This document shows positions 16,598 through 26,943 of a DNA stretch of 64,000 nucleotides, one piece after another. This DNA is from Desulfatiglandales bacterium (GTDB taxonomy: Bacteria > Desulfobacterota > DSM-4660 > Desulfatiglandales > Desulfatiglandaceae). Numbering within the stretch: position 1 is the stretch's first letter; each line of letters starts with the position of its first letter. The DNA is taken from the NCBI GenBank assembly GCA_963666345.1, contig OY762721.1:2272001-2336000 (forward strand). Reading direction: 5' to 3'. Made by a program: the position numbers and the translations under genes. Under the pieces are notes generated by a model, which worked only from the letters and a program-made list of their open reading frames with translations, was not told where the DNA came from and did not search any database.

Positions 16598-17344
16598 TTA
16601 CTTTACCACCTTTGCCATAACCATGAGGGCGTTTCCACCCATCAGGATGTCGAAACTATTGGAGTCTCGCAGCCAGTATTTTTTGTCACCTTTCTTCCCC
16701 TTGATCATCGTGAAAAGGGCGATGGCAAGATAAAAGGGAAAAAGGATCATCTGTTTCTTTTTGGGGTTAACGGTTTCCACTTTTTCAACGCTGAATCCCG
16801 CATATTCAAGCGCCATTTTGAGCATCGGATAGAGCGGCCTGTTTACATGAGGAAGATCCCGGCTTTCAATGGAACCCTGCTCAATGTTTCCCCTGCCGCC
16901 CACCGGCTCTACTATGCCGTAAAAAAGTACCCTCAGGCGCGCCTCGATATTGGAGTAGTTGGGAAGAGAGACTATGACCCTGCCATCGGTCTTTAAAACA
17001 CGCGCAAACTCTCTGAACGCGTGGTACATGTTTTCTATATGCTCAGGTCCTTCCACGCAGAAAAGGCCTTCAAAGGAGTTGTCTTTAAAGGGAAGATCCC
17101 CTTGAAGGTCCATCTGCACTATGGGTATCTCCGGATTCTTGAAGATATGCGGTTTGATGTCTCCCGCCACCACATTATGGCCCTTTTTTGAAAGAAGCCA
17201 GGAAAGCCTTCCTGAGCCGCTCGGCAGGTCAAGCATCCTGCCGGGTTTGAGAGTTTCGATAAACTCGACCGCCTTGAAATGCTCTTCCTCGTAGGATGCT
17301 ACATCAAATTCACGTGTCTGATTGGAGGTGTTCTTTTCTTCCAT
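16598..17344 (-). CDS. class I SAM-dependent methyltransferase (Methyltransf_11-like)
   Basis: MLDLPSGSG, LPFKDNSF, EHIEN, EFARVLKTDGRVIVSLPN. Confidence 0.88.
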   Translation of the reverse strand: MEEKNTSNQTREFDVASYEEEHFKAVEFIETLKPGRMLDLPSGSGRLSWLLSKKGHNVVAGDIKPHIFKNPEIPIVQMDLQGDLPFKDNSFEGLFCVEGPEHIENMYHAFREFARVLKTDGRVIVSLPNYSNIEARLRVLFYGIVEPVGGRGNIEQGSIESRDLPHVNRPLYPMLKMALEYAGFSVEKVETVNPKKKQMILFPFYLAIALFTMIKGKKGDKKYWLRDSNSFDILMGGNALMVMAKVVK

Positions 17345-17578
17345 ATGAGGGAATCAACCTTATTTACAGTTAAATTAAGAGGTAAAAGGGTATACGGGGA
17401 TACACAAAAGGATGTCGTTATTGAATCTTTCCGAATCTTAACTCCCTTTAATGCCAATTAGATAGGTTAATAGGGCACTTCGGTCAAGATATATTTTGCC
17501 GGGCAATAAACACTCAGGTCGCGAACGGCCGATTTGATACCTTATGATGCGGGGCCTTTTAAAGAGAACTGTTTTTTA

Positions 17579-17608
17579 TTGACCCGGTCTTCTCAAGTCC
17601 CATATAAT
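17579..17608 (+). promoter_or_regulatory. putative sigma70 promoter of the GT2 gene
   Basis: TTGACC-N18-TATAAT. Confidence 0.45.
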
Positions 17609-17687
17609 TCGAAACCTATTTTAAATGAAACACTTATATGTTTTTTTTATTTTAACAATTCCGGCTTAAATGAAATAGAACCGCTTT

Positions 17688-18455
17688 ATGACCATATCCG
17701 CCTGCATCATATGTTTTAATGAAGAAAGCAATATTGAAAGATGCCTTTCAAGTGTCGCCTGGGCAGATGAGATCATTGTCATAGACTCCATGAGCCGGGA
17801 CAGGACAACGGAGATCGCAAGAGGTTTCACCGATTCCGTATATCAGAGAAGCTGGACAGGGTATGTGGACCAGAAAAATTTCGCCCTTTCCAAGTCAACC
17901 GGGGATTGGATCCTGAGTGTCGATGCCGATGAAGAGGTCCCTGATTCCCTGCGGCGGGAGATAATTTCCGAGATAAATAAAAAAGATGCCAAGTGTGGTT
18001 ATTCCATGCCCAGAAGGTCTTTTTACCAGGGAAGGTGGATTAATCACAGCGGCTTTTATCCGGACAGGCAGTTGAGGCTTTTCAGGCGCGATAAGGCCGA
18101 ATGGGTTGGCAGCAGGGTGCATGAAAGGGTTGAAATAGACGGCCCTATTGGTGAGCTCAAAAACGATCTTCTCCACTACCCATATAAAGGGGTGATTTCA
18201 GGACAGATCCGAACGGTTGACAATTTTTCCGGGCTTCTTGCGGAAAACCTCCGGGAAAAAGGTGCTCGTTACAGTGTGTGGCTTCTTCTTATAAGGCCTG
18301 TTTTCAAGTTCTTGGAGGTCTATTTTTTGAAGCTGGGGTTCCTGGACGGCAGCGCGGGTCTCATAATAGCGGTTACCTCCTCTTACGCGATGTTTGTACG
18401 CTATGTGAAGTTGAGGGAGCTTGAAAGGGCCATGAGCAAAAAAGAACTTATATAA
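17688..18455 (+). CDS. GT2 glycosyltransferase (WaaE/KdtX-like, LPS core)
   Basis: ISACIICFNEE.NI..CL.SV.WADEII, DWILSVDADE, YPDRQLRLF, VHE, LGFLDG. Confidence 0.9.
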   Translation: MTISACIICFNEESNIERCLSSVAWADEIIVIDSMSRDRTTEIARGFTDSVYQRSWTGYVDQKNFALSKSTGDWILSVDADEEVPDSLRREIISEINKKDAKCGYSMPRRSFYQGRWINHSGFYPDRQLRLFRRDKAEWVGSRVHERVEIDGPIGELKNDLLHYPYKGVISGQIRTVDNFSGLLAENLREKGARYSVWLLLIRPVFKFLEVYFLKLGFLDGSAGLIIAVTSSYAMFVRYVKLRELERAMSKKELI

Positions 18456-18469
18456 ACAGCCGGCCGGAC

Positions 18470-19612
18470 CTATCCTTGTGCTGCGGTTTTCCTGTATATC
18501 TCAGCCATCCTGGAGGCGACAGCGTCCCAGTCATGATTTAGGGCGGCCTTGTTTCCCCTTTTGCCCATATCAATCCTTTTGTCTTGATCTAGAAGGGACA
18601 GAAGGGCGTTTGCCATGTCGTTTTCAGAAGGGTTTTTGGGCAGTACAAACCCGCTGTTTCCTTGCGACACAATGTCCTTTGCCCCGACAGTCTCCGAGAT
18701 TATGACAGGAAGCCCCGCTGCCATTGCCTCAAGCACGACTATGCCGAACGTGTCGAATATCGAGGGCATGGCAAAGATATCGCTTGCAAAAAAATATCTT
18801 TCCACGTCATTAACAACGCCTAAAAAAGTGACCCTTTTTTCAATCCCCAGACTTCCGGCCATTTTCATATAACGGCCATTATCTCCCTTGCCGGCAATCA
18901 GGAGCCTGAGCGCCCCTGCCCTGCTTTCAATGGCCTTTGCCCTTGCTATCCCCTTCAGGATAAGGCCAAGCCGTTTTATCTCAAAATTCATTCCCACGAA
19001 CAGTACGGCGATGTCGTCAGGGGAGAGGCCGAGGGCCTTACGCATTTCATGCCTGGCGCCTTCATGGTTTGACAGGCTGAATCTTTTGAGAGAGATTCCC
19101 GGATGCATTATCTCGATTTTGGATTCATCTGTCTCATAGATACGCTGAAATTCCTCTTTCACAAGGCTTGAAACCGGAAATATCCTTTTGAGTCTCCTGT
19201 TGCCGATGCATCTTTTTTCCGCGTAAGCAGTTGCCCGGTCAAAAAGGGTGAGCCTTTTTGCGCGCGCCTCCTTTACCCAGTTTTTGTGGGGGATCCCGTG
19301 AAAGGTCATGAGGTCGCACTCGAAGATCCTTTCATGGCTGTGTACTATGTCGAATTTGTGGGGATTTATGATCCGTTGTACAGAATAGGCAAAACTCAGG
19401 GGCCTGAGCCACCTGGGAAATGGAATTTTCGGGGCCTTGTGAAACCTTACCTGTGACGCGCCCGGCCGCCAGCGGTTGCATATCACGTGGATTTCCAGCC
19501 CCTGTTTCAGGGCCAGGCGTTCTGTGAGTTCATAGACAAAGGCCTCTGCTCCACCTACGAGGCCGTATTTGGGGACAACTACCGCGACCCGGATTGGATT
19601 CTTTAAAGGCAT
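18470..19612 (-). CDS. GT4 glycosyltransferase (WaaG-like)
   Basis: GGAE, DIVHSHER, DIFAMPSIFDTFGIVVLEAMAAGLPVI. Confidence 0.9.
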   Translation of the reverse strand: MPLKNPIRVAVVVPKYGLVGGAEAFVYELTERLALKQGLEIHVICNRWRPGASQVRFHKAPKIPFPRWLRPLSFAYSVQRIINPHKFDIVHSHERIFECDLMTFHGIPHKNWVKEARAKRLTLFDRATAYAEKRCIGNRRLKRIFPVSSLVKEEFQRIYETDESKIEIMHPGISLKRFSLSNHEGARHEMRKALGLSPDDIAVLFVGMNFEIKRLGLILKGIARAKAIESRAGALRLLIAGKGDNGRYMKMAGSLGIEKRVTFLGVVNDVERYFFASDIFAMPSIFDTFGIVVLEAMAAGLPVIISETVGAKDIVSQGNSGFVLPKNPSENDMANALLSLLDQDKRIDMGKRGNKAALNHDWDAVASRMAEIYRKTAAQG

Positions 19613-19626
19613 TTTTTATCCTAAAA

Positions 19627-20661
19627 TCAATTGTCATACAATTGACGTCTGATAATATCCGCTATCCTCTTGGATGCCTTTCCGTCACCAAAAGGATTTT
19701 CGGATGGAGAATCGGCCTTTACATTCACCCAATCAAGGTTTCCAAGTATGTCATGTCCCACGAGTCTTCCCAGGCCGGTTTCCACAGTCTCAGGTCGTTC
19801 GGTATTATTTCTTACGATGAGAATCTTTTTGCCGAAATAGACCGCTTCCTCCTGCAGGCCCCCGCTGTCGGATATAATGAAAAGAGCCCTGCTGAGGTAA
19901 CCGAGCATGTCCTGATATCCTACAGGTTCAATAACATGGAGGTTGCTTCCCTCCAGAATGCCCCTGTGTTTCCGGACATTTGGATTCGGATGTATCGGAA
20001 ACACAAACTCCAGTCCCGGGTATCTGGCGGCTGTTTCATTAATCTGCCTGAAAAGCTCAGGCATTACATGATGGTTTTCCCTTCTGTGAAGGGTGATAAG
20101 GCATTGGTTTTCGTGGCTTGCCGGAAGGTTGAAAAAGTCGAGAGAATCTACAATAGTATTGCCGGTCAGGTAGATATTCTGAGCCCCTTCACTTTCCAGA
20201 TGCTCCTTGGCCTTTGCTGTAGGTGCGAAGTTGAATCCTGAAACCTGGGATATGAATCTGCGGTTTATCTCTTCTGGAAAGGGGCTCGATACATCATACG
20301 TCCTGAGGCCGGCTTCCACATGGGCAACCTTGATATGGTTATAAAATCCGATCTGTGCAACAGCGCAGGCCGAAGTGGTATCACCTTGAACTACAATGAT
20401 GTCGAAACGACTTTTCTTTAAAAGGTGTTCCATGGAAGCGCCTATCCGACAGAAGGAATCCCCGAGGCCTGAAGCCTTATCATGGTAATCTGAATTTAAA
20501 AGATAGTCAGGTTCGGGGATAAGATCCCTTACATCTTCATATAAATCCAGATGCTGACCGGTGAAGGCCGTCTTAAACGGCAGTCCCTGCGCCTTCAATT
20601 CATTAATCAAAGGGAACAGTTTTATTATCTCAGGCCTGGTTCCATATACTATTAGGATCAT
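19627..20661 (-). CDS. wecB: UDP-N-acetylglucosamine 2-epimerase (non-hydrolysing)
   Basis: GTRPEIIKL, TGQH, VQGDTT, HVEAGLRT, PFPEEINR, TLHRREN, SDSGGLQEEA, TERPE, NPFGDG. Confidence 0.95.
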   Translation of the reverse strand: MILIVYGTRPEIIKLFPLINELKAQGLPFKTAFTGQHLDLYEDVRDLIPEPDYLLNSDYHDKASGLGDSFCRIGASMEHLLKKSRFDIIVVQGDTTSACAVAQIGFYNHIKVAHVEAGLRTYDVSSPFPEEINRRFISQVSGFNFAPTAKAKEHLESEGAQNIYLTGNTIVDSLDFFNLPASHENQCLITLHRRENHHVMPELFRQINETAARYPGLEFVFPIHPNPNVRKHRGILEGSNLHVIEPVGYQDMLGYLSRALFIISDSGGLQEEAVYFGKKILIVRNNTERPETVETGLGRLVGHDILGNLDWVNVKADSPSENPFGDGKASKRIADIIRRQLYDN

Positions 20662-21422
20662 GACAGTAACGGTTTAAACCCCTTGGAGATTTCATGCTGT
20701 ACAACCTGGTAATATTCGTCCGATCTCTTTTTTGAGCTGCTTATCGCAACCTTGTCGATACCTCTTTCAGGATGCAGTGAGCCCCAGAGGGACTTGTCGG
20801 ATTCCGGATGTGGCGGGCAGGCCGCCCTGATTCCACATCTTTTCAGCATGGCGCAGAAGTGAATATCTTCACCAAAGGTCTTCAATAAAGGCTCCTCATA
20901 CCAGAAGTGTTTTGCCCAGTCTTTCCTGAAAAACCAGCTGTGTCCTACCAGATCGACGAATTCCAGCCCTTTATTGTGAGCCTCCCAACCCATCCTCGGT
21001 TTCTCGGTCTCCACGCAGCCGTCCCTGACAGATAAAAATCTGAGCCCGATGGTTCCAAGCATGCATCTTTCTTTGTCCACATACTCAAGGCAGTTTTCGA
21101 ACCAATTTTTTCCAGGGATGGTGTCATCATCAAATATGCATACATATTCACCCTCAAGGCATGGCGCAATGGAAAACCTGGGTATGATTCCGAAATTGTA
21201 ATCGCAGACGATCTTTTTGACTCTGTCCGAATTTTTGAAGTTCAGTTTCTGTTTTCGGTCAAAAACTCCGAGTTTTTTCGAAGGCCTGTTATACCATAAC
21301 ACAATCTCGCAAGGGGCCACGGATTGCGAAAGAACCGCCTGCACCTGTCCTTCCAGGTATTGTGGCCTGTTCCAGGCCGTTAGGATTACTGATATGCCGG
21401 GTGAGTTATTCATTACATTCAT
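20658..21422 (-). CDS. GT2/GT-A glycosyltransferase
   Basis: ISVILTAWNRPQYL, YVCIFDDD, GEDIHF; ATGA overlap with wecB. Confidence 0.8.
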   Translation of the reverse strand: MNVMNNSPGISVILTAWNRPQYLEGQVQAVLSQSVAPCEIVLWYNRPSKKLGVFDRKQKLNFKNSDRVKKIVCDYNFGIIPRFSIAPCLEGEYVCIFDDDTIPGKNWFENCLEYVDKERCMLGTIGLRFLSVRDGCVETEKPRMGWEAHNKGLEFVDLVGHSWFFRKDWAKHFWYEEPLLKTFGEDIHFCAMLKRCGIRAACPPHPESDKSLWGSLHPERGIDKVAISSSKKRSDEYYQVVQHEISKGFKPLLS

Positions 21423-21464
21423 TTCTGAGAGAATCGGTTTTGTCCGGGCTATTGAAGGGCCTTT

Positions 21465-22358
21465 TCAGCCCTCTATCGAAAAGATATCGTCTCTCAGCCC
21501 AGACAAAATATTGTCAGGTATAAATATCAGGTTGTCCTGATAATAGCCAGGGATATCTAAAGTATCCGGCCCTGTTGCCTTCAGCTTGCCTTTATAGAGA
21601 AGGTAGGCAGAGTAACCGAGATTCATTATGAACAGGTACTGTTCCTTCAGGCGGTATCCGGCGGCCTCGGCATTTGTACTGCAGAATTCTACCAGGAGCA
21701 GCGGATGAAATCGTTTTAAAGTCTTTTCAGCTCCTATAAGCGCATCAAATTCCGCCCCCTCCACATCCATCTTTATTATATCGACCTGTTCAATATTACG
21801 GGTGCGACAGAAGGTGTCAAGGGTAACGGTCTCTACGATTTCATGCCTGCCGTCGAACTTGTCATAGAGGCTGTTACTGCCTCCCGCGTCAGGGGAAAAA
21901 TAAATTTTCACCCTTTTGCCGTCTTCAGAGGAAACCGCCTTCCTGACGGTTTCTATATTTTCGATTTTGTTGGAGGCTATATTTTCCCTGAGATAGGCCA
22001 TGTTTCCTTCCGACGGCTCAAAGGCATATATCATCTTTGCCCTGGTGTGAAGGCTCAGGGCATAATTGCCTACATTCGCCCCGACATCGAAAAAGACCTT
22101 GTTTTCTGAAAGAGGGGCGATGAAATCCAGCCACTCAGGCTCATAGGCTCCATCCATAAAGATGTAGTATTGTACAAAATCTCCGATATTCAATCGCAGT
22201 TTTGCCCCTGAATAGCGAATCTTACCCTTTACCAGTATGTCCCTGTTTTTTATCTTGAGAAGATACGAGTGTCTGGTCCTGGTGAAGTATTTGATGAAAT
22301 AGGCCAGATATTTATAAAATAATATACCTAAACGGCTTGTCGGTCTGTTTGAATCCAT
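21465..22358 (-). CDS. FkbM-family methyltransferase
   Basis: FFDVGANVGNY, YAFEP, TVTLD, IIKMDVEGAE; start placed at ATG 22358. Confidence 0.92.
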   Translation of the reverse strand: MDSNRPTSRLGILFYKYLAYFIKYFTRTRHSYLLKIKNRDILVKGKIRYSGAKLRLNIGDFVQYYIFMDGAYEPEWLDFIAPLSENKVFFDVGANVGNYALSLHTRAKMIYAFEPSEGNMAYLRENIASNKIENIETVRKAVSSEDGKRVKIYFSPDAGGSNSLYDKFDGRHEIVETVTLDTFCRTRNIEQVDIIKMDVEGAEFDALIGAEKTLKRFHPLLLVEFCSTNAEAAGYRLKEQYLFIMNLGYSAYLLYKGKLKATGPDTLDIPGYYQDNLIFIPDNILSGLRDDIFSIEG

Positions 22359-22736
22359 CCTTTGATTACCCCGGCTGTCCTGATATCGGAGCCGATGGCA
22401 GTCGTCAACGATATCCGAGAGGCCTTTATAAGTTTGATCAAAAGGGGTTGATTGATATGGAACCATGTCAAAATCCCGGATCACGAATATGAAAGCTGTA
22501 GCAAAAGGCAACTTTATCCGGAATTTAGGTTGTTTTGAAAAGAAACTAATTGGCCCTTCTTATACTGTCAAGGATAAAGAATCTGTCAACAGTCCCTTGG
22601 AAATTCGAATAGTCCGCCCCGGCTCAGATGCCATTATTGTCTTGACAATGGAATCGGTGCGACCTAAATTTGAAAACTCCTAAAAACGGACGTTTTTTGT
22701 CAACTATTATAAAACCTTAAACAGGTTATGCCATAG

Positions 22737-23399
22737 ATGATGAATAAGATTCTCCTTAAGACCAAAAAGATTTTCAACAGGGCATTCAGCAAGGACCTTG
22801 ATTATAAGAATTACTGGAATAATGAGTATGTTACAGGTGCCGGTTCCGGACCCGGTTCATACGGAAAACCGGCTGAATTTAAGGCGGAGGTAATAAACGG
22901 ATTTTTAAAGGAAAACGAGATAACCTCTGTTATTGAGTTCGGCTGCGGTGATGGAAATCAGCTCTCAATGATTTCGTACCCTGATTACCTCGGCTTGGAT
23001 GTGGCAAGGGCATCAGTTGAGCTTTGTACGGAGCGGTTTAAGGACAATGCGGCCAGAAGCTTTATGTGGTACGATCCCGGAGCTTTTGTGAATCCCTCAC
23101 TTTTTTTAAAGGCTGATCTCGTTGTGTGTCTCGATGTGCTTTATCATATCATCGATGACAATGATTTCCTGCGTACCCTGGATGCCATTTTTTCCTGTGC
23201 CTCCAGGCATGTTATCCTTTATACTACTACTGATATTCATGAGAAAAAAGACTATGAATATATGAAGGGAAGCCACGGCAAGCACCGTGATACAATGCAT
23301 TACCTTTCACAATTCAGCGATTTTGAGATAGTAAAGACTATTCCCCAGAGGCACCCTGACCTTTCAAGCGCAAGTTTCATAATCTTGACGAAAAAATAA
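22737..23399 (+). CDS. class I SAM-dependent methyltransferase
   Basis: YW..Y..G.GSGPGSYG, SVIEFGCGDGNQ, YLGLDV, CLDVLYHI. Confidence 0.88.
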   Translation: MMNKILLKTKKIFNRAFSKDLDYKNYWNNEYVTGAGSGPGSYGKPAEFKAEVINGFLKENEITSVIEFGCGDGNQLSMISYPDYLGLDVARASVELCTERFKDNAARSFMWYDPGAFVNPSLFLKADLVVCLDVLYHIIDDNDFLRTLDAIFSCASRHVILYTTTDIHEKKDYEYMKGSHGKHRDTMHYLSQFSDFEIVKTIPQRHPDLSSASFIILTKK

Positions 23400-23504
23400 A
23401 CCTGAGAATAATTATAGGTTGGAGCTCAAGTAAGTTCCTCTTTTACTGCCTGGCCCTGTTCCGGGGGCCTGAAGCGCCAACAAGATTTATACGAGGATTC
23501 TTTT

Positions 23505-24227
23505 ATGCAGCAGGACCATAGAAAAGATTTTTATGAGGCATTGGAAAAGATCGAAAATATGACTTCCTATGCCATCTCCAGGTGTGCGGATGGAGAGGCA
23601 AGTGTGCTGAGGAATAAAACAGTCGGCAACAAGGATGGATGGATGTACAGGAAGGACAAAAATCTCATCTTTCGCGCCCACCTGAGGAATTCCCTTACCT
23701 GTGTGGACAAAAATTTTGTTTACGGTATTTCAAGTCAGAATGTGGATGAAAAAAACTACAATTTTCTTCGAAAATTTGTCAGGCAGGATCCCTCCCATAT
23801 AACCTTCTCCGACATATGGGTAAATGCGAATTATGATCTTTTCAATGAGCTCTTTCTTTCAACGATCAGGCGTACGGAAAGAGAGGTTATAATAATAACA
23901 AACCCCAGGGCCGATCTTGGAGAACTGCGGAAACTTATTAATGTATCAGACTTTGTCCCGATAAAAGGCAATTGCGTAACCTATTGGGAAAAAAACAGAT
24001 CCAAGATAAAGGCGCAATTGGACCTCAAGTCAAGCCTCAATGACGGCGCTGTCTTTCTTATTGCCGCGGGGCCTCTCACCAATATCCTTATATATGATAT
24101 GTGGCGTGTTAACACAAATAACGTATATGTTGATGTAGGATCAACCCTTGACCCGCTTATCTTCCATCGAAAATCCCGCGGATATCATAACCCCGACCAT
24201 CCGCACAGAAAGATAGTAAACAGATGA
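23505..24227 (+). CDS. hypothetical protein, possible GT-D-fold glycosyltransferase-like
   Basis: YAISRCADGE resembles the GT-D S..R(F)GDGE motif; C-terminal FLIAAGP...YVDVGS. Confidence 0.5.
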   Translation: MQQDHRKDFYEALEKIENMTSYAISRCADGEASVLRNKTVGNKDGWMYRKDKNLIFRAHLRNSLTCVDKNFVYGISSQNVDEKNYNFLRKFVRQDPSHITFSDIWVNANYDLFNELFLSTIRRTEREVIIITNPRADLGELRKLINVSDFVPIKGNCVTYWEKNRSKIKAQLDLKSSLNDGAVFLIAAGPLTNILIYDMWRVNTNNVYVDVGSTLDPLIFHRKSRGYHNPDHPHRKIVNR

Positions 24228-24416
24228 AGCCGCTCCCTGAGCACGGATTGGTTCAGATAGATATCTAAAAGCAACTGATATTTAATCAGGATTTAAACCT
24301 TTTTTGCTCTTAAATGTTATGCCGCACTTTAACATGACCCAAGGCGTAGGAATCAACCAGACAGTGCAGTTCTTTCATCTGAATGATGGACTGTGCGGCC
24401 TGCAGGCGATTTATAA

Positions 24417-25244
24417 ATGAATCAGGGGATAACCACAATCGGGGCCTATAAAGAGGCGATCAAAGGCCGTGTGTTCAATAAGATGGAAGCGTTCTCTGCG
24501 GATTTTTTAAAAGAGAATGGTTCCATACTTGCGACCCACAGGAAAAAGTGGGTCCATGATCCCCTTCACCAGTGGAGTCGCCAGTATGAATATCCATTCG
24601 TTTACGAGGCCGTCAAGGATGTTGCAGATGCCGGGAAAGGCAGGGAGATAAGCATCCTGGATGCGGGTTCAGGGGTGACCTTTTTCCCCTTTTTCATATC
24701 CTCTCTTCATCCGAAGGCTGTCATTCATTGCTGTGACAGCGACATTTCCGTCAGAGATGAAATAGGGCAGATAAATAGATCTTTAAACGGCTCAATAACC
24801 TGTTTCCAGGAAGATCTAAGAAAGATGTCATTTGAAAATGCCTGTTATGACATCGTTTACTGCATCTCTGTACTGGAGCATACGGACGACTACGATGGAG
24901 TAGTCACGGAAGTTAAAAGGATTCTGAAAGAGGATGGGATCTTTATTGTCACATTTGATATATCTCTCGATGGAAAGGATGATATATCGGTTCAAAGAGC
25001 CGGGGAACTTATTGAAATACTCGATAGTCATTTTTCGATTACCGAGGATTTTAATCCGGTGGAGGCATTGGAAAAGGTCAGCTCAAATGATATCCTTACT
25101 ACAGGCTATATCAGAGAATATGACAAAAGGCTTCTGCCCTGGCGACTTTCAAAATCCAAGGCCGTTAAGGATATCCTAAGGTTAAGAAGGCCAAGAACCA
25201 TATTCAGGGATCTCACCTTTTTTTGCGCGATATTTAAAAAGTAA
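24417..25244 (+). CDS. class I SAM-dependent methyltransferase
   Basis: WSRQYEYPF, ILDAGSG, YDIVYCISVLEH, EVKRILKEDGIFIVTFD. Confidence 0.88.
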   Translation: MNQGITTIGAYKEAIKGRVFNKMEAFSADFLKENGSILATHRKKWVHDPLHQWSRQYEYPFVYEAVKDVADAGKGREISILDAGSGVTFFPFFISSLHPKAVIHCCDSDISVRDEIGQINRSLNGSITCFQEDLRKMSFENACYDIVYCISVLEHTDDYDGVVTEVKRILKEDGIFIVTFDISLDGKDDISVQRAGELIEILDSHFSITEDFNPVEALEKVSSNDILTTGYIREYDKRLLPWRLSKSKAVKDILRLRRPRTIFRDLTFFCAIFKK

Positions 25245-25250
25245 CGTCTA

Positions 25251-26930
25251 TCAGAAAAGCGCTTCCTTCTGTTTTTCTTTTTTTCTGATATCCTTTTCCA
25301 CAAATATGGGCGATTTACCGCTCAGAGCTGTCTCGGTAAAATAGATCATTGTGGCCATGGTTGAGGGGGTGGGTGTAAAAATCTGCACCTGCCTGGGTCT
25401 GAATTTGAGGACCTTCTTTGTGAAGTCCTTTAACCGGTACATGTCCTTTAGTGTGCACCCCGGGTAAGCGGCTATGAGATAGCAGGTCAGATATCGTTCC
25501 ATGCCGAGTCTTTCAGTTGTGTCCCTGAAAAGGCTTACAAAACGTTTTGTTAGATCGGACGCGGGTTTTCCCATCAACTCGAGTATATGATCCTGGCTGT
25601 GTTCCGGGGCGATCTTGAGCTGGCCTGAGATATGATGGCGGATTATGTCTTCAAGATACAGCCTGCCATGTTTTTTGTCCTGAAGGATCAGGTCATGGCG
25701 TATGCCCGAGCCTATGAAGGCCTTTTTTACACCATGTATCTCCCTTATTTTTTTCAGGAGCCTGCGCTGCCTCAGGTGGTTTACGGGAAGATGTTCGCAG
25801 GCCGAGGGTATAAGACACCTTTTGTCGATGCATCCCCCCTTCTTCGCCTTGAGGGCGCATTCTATTCCGTACATATTGGCTGTGGGTCCACCTATGTCCG
25901 AAATTATACCTTTAAAATCGGGGTGCCTTGTCATCCCCTCGGCTTCTCTCACAATCGATGCCTCACTCCTGCTGGTTACCGTGCGGCCCTGGTGGGCGGT
26001 TATGGAGCAGTAGTTGCACTCGCCATAGCAGCCCCTGTGGGTGGTGATGGAAAAGCGGATAGTGTCAATGGCCCTGACAGGGCCTTGTTCAAGGTGGCCG
26101 GGATGGAGGGCCCTTTCAAAATCCATTTCGTAGACCCTGTCGAGTTCCTGCGGGGAAAGAGGCGGCTGAGGGGGATTGTGTATCAGAAAGCGTGTGTCCT
26201 GCCTCTGGCACAGGCCGGTTGCCGTGACAGGATCGTTATTGTTGTAAAAGGAGTAAAACATCTGTCTGAATTTTTTCTTGTCCCCTGCAACCTCATCATG
26301 CGGTGAGAGTTCGAGGTACCCTTCTCTTTTTTCTTTGGCGATATAGCAGATGCCCTTTATGTCCTTTACCGATTCTTTCCGCTTAAGTTGTGTCGCAACC
26401 TGAACGATTGCGCGCTCCGCCATACCGTATACCAGCAGATCGGCCCTTGAATCGAACAGGATTGACCTGCGGATCTTATCCGACCAGTAGTCATAATGGG
26501 ATATCCGGCGCAGGCTTGCCTCGATGCCTCCTATGATAATGGGCCTCGTATCCTTGAAATATCTCCGGATAAGATTGCCGTATACTATTGTGGCCCTGTC
26601 AGGGCGCCTGATGTTTTTTCCCCCTGCCGTCAGGTCGTCTTTCTTCCTCTTTTTCCTTGTTGCGGTATAGTTGGCTATCATGGAGTCCATGCAGCCTGCG
26701 GTAATACCCCAGAAAAGTGCCGGCTCACCCAGCCTTGAGCAGTCCCTGTCACTTTCGGTATCGGGCTGAGCTATCATCCCCACCCTGTAGCCTGCATCCA
26801 TGAGGACCTTGCCTATGACGGAGACCCCGATATAGGGGGAGTCGATATAGCTGTCGCCTGTTACAAGAATTACGTCCAGTTCATCCCAGCCCAGCAGGGC
26901 TGCTTCCTTTTTTGTGGTCGGAATAAACAT
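25251..26930 (-). CDS. YgiQ/UPF0313-family radical SAM protein
   Basis: MFIPTT..E...LGWDELDVILVTGD.YIDSP, GGIEASLRR..HYDYW, HRGCYGECNYC (CxxxCxxC), QVQIFTPTPST. Confidence 0.92.
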   Translation of the reverse strand: MFIPTTKKEAALLGWDELDVILVTGDSYIDSPYIGVSVIGKVLMDAGYRVGMIAQPDTESDRDCSRLGEPALFWGITAGCMDSMIANYTATRKKRKKDDLTAGGKNIRRPDRATIVYGNLIRRYFKDTRPIIIGGIEASLRRISHYDYWSDKIRRSILFDSRADLLVYGMAERAIVQVATQLKRKESVKDIKGICYIAKEKREGYLELSPHDEVAGDKKKFRQMFYSFYNNNDPVTATGLCQRQDTRFLIHNPPQPPLSPQELDRVYEMDFERALHPGHLEQGPVRAIDTIRFSITTHRGCYGECNYCSITAHQGRTVTSRSEASIVREAEGMTRHPDFKGIISDIGGPTANMYGIECALKAKKGGCIDKRCLIPSACEHLPVNHLRQRRLLKKIREIHGVKKAFIGSGIRHDLILQDKKHGRLYLEDIIRHHISGQLKIAPEHSQDHILELMGKPASDLTKRFVSLFRDTTERLGMERYLTCYLIAAYPGCTLKDMYRLKDFTKKVLKFRPRQVQIFTPTPSTMATMIYFTETALSGKSPIFVEKDIRKKEKQKEALF

Positions 26931-26943
26931 CCTTTTCCTTTGC

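Noticed and set aside
25632..26306. Long antisense ORFs (also 19594-20241, 2314-2799, 16487-16996)
   Set aside because: They lie opposite well-supported genes and have no motifs of their own.
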